Source: Candidatus Methylomirabilia bacterium
GTDB taxonomy: Bacteria > Methylomirabilota > Methylomirabilia > Rokubacteriales > CSP1-6
NCBI GenBank assembly: GCA_046758965.1
Contig: JBHIBG010000031.1
Location: forward strand, 1-29,716
Reading direction: 5' to 3'
DNA: 29,716 nucleotides
A program made the position numbers and the translations under genes. Below the pieces are notes generated by a model. The model had not been told where the DNA came from. It made no database searches and saw only the letters and a program-made list of their open reading frames with translations. Within the stretch, counting starts at the first letter, position 1. Each line of letters begins with the position of its first letter. Below, piece by piece: positions 26,697 to 29,716 of this stretch.

Positions 26697-27479
26697 CTAG
26701 AGCCGCCGGGCGAGGAAATCGAGGATCGCCTGGTTGAAGGCCTCGGGCTGGTCCACGTTGGCGCCGTGGCCGGCTTTCTCCAGCACCACCCGCTCGGCGC
26801 CGGGGATCTTTCGCGCCATGTAGTCGGCCGCGGCCCGATACTCAATGTCCTCGGCCCCTACCAGGACGAGCGTGGGCACGGCCACCCGCGGGAGGAGGTC
26901 GATCAGCCGGCTGTCGGGGATCACCAGGATCTTCCGGTTCACGTGAGCCAGGCCCACCGGGTCGTGCTGGAGCATGATCTCGTTGGAGGTGTAGTAATCC
27001 AGTTCGGCGTAGCGGCTCTTGGCGAAGCCTGACATTCCTTCGCGCTCGAGCAACTCGGCGGCGCGCTCCCGGGAGCGCGTCCATTGCTCCCGCCGCTCGG
27101 GATTCTTGAATCCCGGCCCGCTGTCGCAGAGGATCAGCCCCCGCACGCGCTGCGGGTAGCTGGCGTAGAAGGCGAGCGCGATCACCCCGCCCATGGAGAG
27201 CCCGCCGATAATCGTGGGCCCGGCTCCCAGGTGGTCGAGGAGCGCCCGCAGGTCTTCGACGGCGATCTCGTGAGAGTACGCCCCAGCGCCCTTCGGGCTC
27301 TCGCTCCGCCAGTGGCCCCGGGCGTCGTAGAGGATCAGCCGGTAGCGAGCGGAGAGGGTGGGGACCTGAGGCGCCCAGCTCCGGGCCGTGCCGGCGAAGC
27401 CATGGAGGAGCGCCAGGGGGGCGCCCTGGCCGTGCACCTCGTAGTAGAGTCGGACCCTGTTGAGGGTGGCCGTGGGCAT
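26697..27479 (-). CDS. Alpha/beta-fold hydrolase (PcaD/MenH-like)
   Basis: LLHGF, YDARGH, nucleophile GLSMGG, PTLVLVGAED, AGH. Confidence 0.92.
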   Translation of the reverse strand: MPTATLNRVRLYYEVHGQGAPLALLHGFAGTARSWAPQVPTLSARYRLILYDARGHWRSESPKGAGAYSHEIAVEDLRALLDHLGAGPTIIGGLSMGGVIALAFYASYPQRVRGLILCDSGPGFKNPERREQWTRSRERAAELLEREGMSGFAKSRYAELDYYTSNEIMLQHDPVGLAHVNRKILVIPDSRLIDLLPRVAVPTLVLVGAEDIEYRAAADYMARKIPGAERVVLEKAGHGANVDQPEAFNQAILDFLARRL

Positions 27480-27524
27480 CTCGGCCCCATGCTAGCACAC
27501 CTCAGAGCTCCCGAGCCTCGCGGG

Positions 27525-28415
27525 TCAGCACCCGCCGATGAGAATGGGCGAGGCGAGCGCGCGGCCGTAGGAGCGGTACTGCTTGAAGACCATCACGTGA
27601 AAGTGCGGTTGCTGGAACTCTTCGATCGCGTGGAGGAGCCCCTTACGGGCGAGCCGTCGCAGGACCTGCCTGAGCCAATGGATCTCGCGCCAGGAGTGCG
27701 GGTGCTTGGAGATGTCGACCGACGCCCCCGTGAGATGGGTGGATCGGCTCCCGCCCCGGGCGGGTGCCGCGTTGTCGTTCCAGGAGCGCAACGACCGCTG
27801 CGTCGCCACGGTTCGGGTGAGGCTGGTGATCTTGAGTTGCGTGCCGAAGATCTCGTGCATCCCGCGGGCAAGCTGCACGATGAACTGCTTCGTCCAGGGC
27901 CGGGCTACCCGCAGCGACTTCGGCACCCCCGAGACCCGATAGGTGCGAGTCGCCGCCGGCAGTCGCGCGAGCAGGCCTGCGCTGACGAACCGACGCACCA
28001 TGCGGCGGTTCCGCATGCGCGAGAGATTCTGGCGGTCTGCCTCGGCGTTCTCGCGCGCGAGGCTTCCTGTCGTCGCCATGAGCGGCTGGGACCACAGCCT
28101 CAGATCGCCCTGCCGGAGGCTCATGAACGTGGGCAGGGTGAGCATGGCCCCGGTGCGCAGGATCGCTTTCCGGCTGAGCGAGTTGAGCGTGCGGAGCTTC
28201 TGGACGGAGGTGCCGTAGCGACGGGCAAGCGTCACGAGGGTGTCACCGCGGCGGACCTGGTGACACCAAACCGCCCCACCCGCGATGCCGACGCTTGGCA
28301 GCAGGGTCAGGGCGGCGAGGATCGCAATCGGGAGCACGCGGGGCCACGCGCGCTTCTCGCGTGACCTCCGGCTCGTGCTCGGCGGCTTCCGCCCGATCGT
28401 GCCCGCGAGATACAC
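27525..28415 (-). CDS. Exported LysM-domain protein with C-terminal Zn-peptidase-like (DUF5715/M15-like) domain
   Basis: Hydrophobic signal; LysM HQVRRGDTL..LARRYGTSV..L..LN; C-terminal ITSLTRT...STHLTGASVDIS...EFQQPHFHVMV (HxxxxxxD / HxH). Confidence 0.8.
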   Translation of the reverse strand: MYLAGTIGRKPPSTSRRSREKRAWPRVLPIAILAALTLLPSVGIAGGAVWCHQVRRGDTLVTLARRYGTSVQKLRTLNSLSRKAILRTGAMLTLPTFMSLRQGDLRLWSQPLMATTGSLARENAEADRQNLSRMRNRRMVRRFVSAGLLARLPAATRTYRVSGVPKSLRVARPWTKQFIVQLARGMHEIFGTQLKITSLTRTVATQRSLRSWNDNAAPARGGSRSTHLTGASVDISKHPHSWREIHWLRQVLRRLARKGLLHAIEEFQQPHFHVMVFKQYRSYGRALASPILIGGC

Positions 28416-28696
28416 GGAGATTACTCTTTCATAGGCGGCGGGAATCTGTCAAATTTCCGGTCCGCTCACGGTGCTCGGGAGCCTGAAAGTTGCTTGCGGA
28501 GCCTCCCCTCACTTGCGAAGTGGAGTGATGTCGACAGCGGCCGGCTGCTCCGCATTGATCGTGAACCTGACTCGTCCCCGGGATAGCTGCAGCCCGGAGG
28601 TGATTTTCTCCATTCTGGACACGGCTGCCGAGCGGGCCAGGCACTCTCCGGGACCTGTTTGATGCGCTTGACATCCTGGCAACAGCATGGTGCACC

Positions 28697-28950
28697 GGCA
28701 GACCTCCGGTGCCTCGGCTCACAATCTGAACCACGTAATGTCTGCATTCGAAACCGCTTTCTGTCTGGGCGTCCGGGGAGCCTCTGGCACTGCAGTTGCA
28801 CGCTCAACGTCTAGACAGTTCTCGGAAGAGATGAACCCGCGACGAGGCGGGGCCTGGGAGGTGCGAGGTGAATAGGCATGTGCGTTTAGGATTCTTCATC
28901 ATGGTTCTCGTATTTGTCGCGGGAGCACTGACAGGCTGCCCCAAACGGCC
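28697..28950 (+). repeat. Duplicated promoter + signal-peptide cassette, copy 1
   Basis: Aligns with 29316-29573, including an identical 18-mer TAATGTCTGCATTCGAAA, the sigma54 box, the GGAGGTG RBS and 28 codons. Confidence 0.9.
28785..28800 (+). promoter_or_regulatory. Sigma54 (-24/-12) promoter
   Basis: TGGCAC-TGCAG-TTGCA is an exact match to the consensus TGGCAC-N5-TTGCW. Confidence 0.85.
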
Positions 28951-29089
28951 GGTCCTGGTGGATCGGGAAGCCCGTCTCGAAGCCGCTCCGGCGCAGCAAC
29001 TGTCCCGCGCGATCACGCCCACCGATGGCGAGCGGATTCATGCCGTGCCGGGCCGGTTCCCTCTGAGTGCGGGCCTGTCGACCCGCTGA
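28868..29089 (+). CDS. Small lipoprotein (73 aa), unknown function
   Basis: GGAGG RBS, GTG start, signal peptide MNRHVRLGFFIMVLVFVAGALTGC with lipobox LTGC. N-terminus is paralogous to the gene at 29491. Confidence 0.6.
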   Translation: MNRHVRLGFFIMVLVFVAGALTGCPKRPVLVDREARLEAAPAQQLSRAITPTDGERIHAVPGRFPLSAGLSTR

Positions 29090-29315
29090 TCCCCAGGTGG
29101 TCCAGGAATTCGAGCGCCTGACTCCTGCTCTCGCCGTCCCCGCCCGGCGCGCCGAGACCCAGCCACGCTATCGCCCAGGCGATGCGCAGTGCGTTCGTTC
29201 TTTCCCGGCCCGCTTTCGACCTCCTGCTGGGCTCTGAGGAAGGGCTCCCAGCCCGCGTGAGCTGTTCGCGATGACTGCCATTCTGGCGAGGACAACTGTC
29301 ACGTTTCGCCAGCCT

Positions 29316-29573
29316 GGCAGAGGTCCGTGTGCGGTGGCTAACAAGCTGCCAGGTCTAATGTCTGCATTCGAAAGTGCTTTCCATCCGGTCTCTTGGGGCT
29401 TGCTAACTGGCATTCCGGTTGCAAGCAGAAGCCGAGATATTTCTTGATTAGGAACGACCCGCCACGAGGCGGCGACCCAGGAGGTGTGACGTGGACAGGC
29501 ATGTGCGTCTAGGGTTTTTCCTTATGGTTCTCGCATTCGTCGTGGGGGCACTCACAGGCTGCCCCAAACGGCC
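29316..29573 (+). repeat. Duplicated promoter + signal-peptide cassette, copy 2
   Basis: Aligns with 28697-28950 at an offset of about 620 nt. Confidence 0.9.
29408..29423 (+). promoter_or_regulatory. Sigma54 (-24/-12) promoter
   Basis: TGGCAT-TCCGG-TTGCA: GG and GC correctly spaced, at the position homologous to 28785-28800. Confidence 0.8.
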
Positions 29574-29716
29574 CCCTGCGTCCCCGGTCGCCGGGACCGG
29601 CACCACTTCGGGTGGGGGAGTCGTTGGGACGAGGGACGGCGGGGTTCCCGCCGTTTCGGGCATTCCTGGTGCTCCCGGTTGGTCCGGCGCTCCAGGCGCT
29701 CCTGGTGCTCCCGGTT
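29491..29716 (+). CDS. Lipoprotein with Gly/Pro-rich, collagen-like repeats; 3'-partial (not in the ORF track because it has no stop in the window)
   Basis: AGGAGG RBS; MDRHVRLGFFLMVLAFVVGALTGCPKRPPASPVAGTGTTSGGGVVGTRDGGVPAVSGIPGAPGWSGAPGAPGAPG...; lipobox LTGC. Confidence 0.8.
   Translation, partial: MDRHVRLGFFLMVLAFVVGALTGCPKRPPASPVAGTGTTSGGGVVGTRDGGVPAVSGIPGAPGWSGAPGAPGAPG
29664..29716 (+). repeat. Coding tandem repeat (9-nt GAP units, 36-nt super-period)
   Basis: TCCTGGTGCTCCCGGTT at 29664-29680 and 29700-29716, with GGCGCTCC units between them. Confidence 0.75.

Noticed and set aside
24917..26737. 606-aa plus-strand ORF, and similar long ORFs at 16580-18373, 5644-7179, 10629-12026, 23083-24336 and 27084-28364
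   Set aside because: Antisense shadows of well-supported genes, expected in high-GC DNA. No recognisable motifs.
28668..28700. TTGACA as a sigma70 -35 element
   Set aside because: No acceptable -10 hexamer 16-18 nt downstream. Treated instead as half of a dyad.
28736..28761. CATTCGAAA motif as part of a c-di-GMP-I riboswitch
   Set aside because: It lacks the GGCAAA...GACGCAAAGC context, shows no compensatory pairing between the two copies, and lies upstream of the sigma54 promoter.
29090..29260. Frameshifted continuation of the 73-aa lipoprotein into an OmpA/Pal domain
   Set aside because: No OmpA-like motif was recognised in the alternative-frame translation I checked.

Overview
High-GC bacterial chromosomal window, mostly core or housekeeping genes. 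The style resembles Ca. Rokubacteria/Methylomirabilota, but this is recalled, not tested. From left to right: (1) the 3' part and right end of an rve/DDE insertion sequence. (2) A long minus-strand operon: dciA-like, TPR lipoprotein, lolB-like, ispE, tRNA-Gln, prs, rplY, pth, hppA, ychF. A K+-dependent, probably Na+-pumping membrane pyrophosphatase sits between pth and ychF. (3) rlmD and a small EF-Tu domain-II-like protein. (4) A family-5 ABC binding protein plus two permeases, with no ATPase gene. (5) A VanZ-like gene and an MrfA/MrfB-type helicase-exonuclease pair. (6) An organic-acid cluster: 2-hydroxyacid dehydrogenase, MaoC dehydratase, CitE-like lyase, class III CoA transferase, MmgE/PrpD and an alpha/beta hydrolase. 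It is interrupted by a stand-alone six-haem ActA-like cytochrome c. (7) A LysM/Zn-peptidase-like gene. (8) At the right end, a tandemly duplicated cassette of about 255 bp: putative enhancer, IHF-like site, sigma54 promoter, RBS and lipoprotein signal peptide. The two copies are fused to unrelated cargoes, a 50-aa peptide and a collagen-like G-X-P repeat protein. Two copies of a composite palindromic REP-like element and several apparently leaderless genes are also visible. No CRISPR array, rRNA or phage genes were seen.
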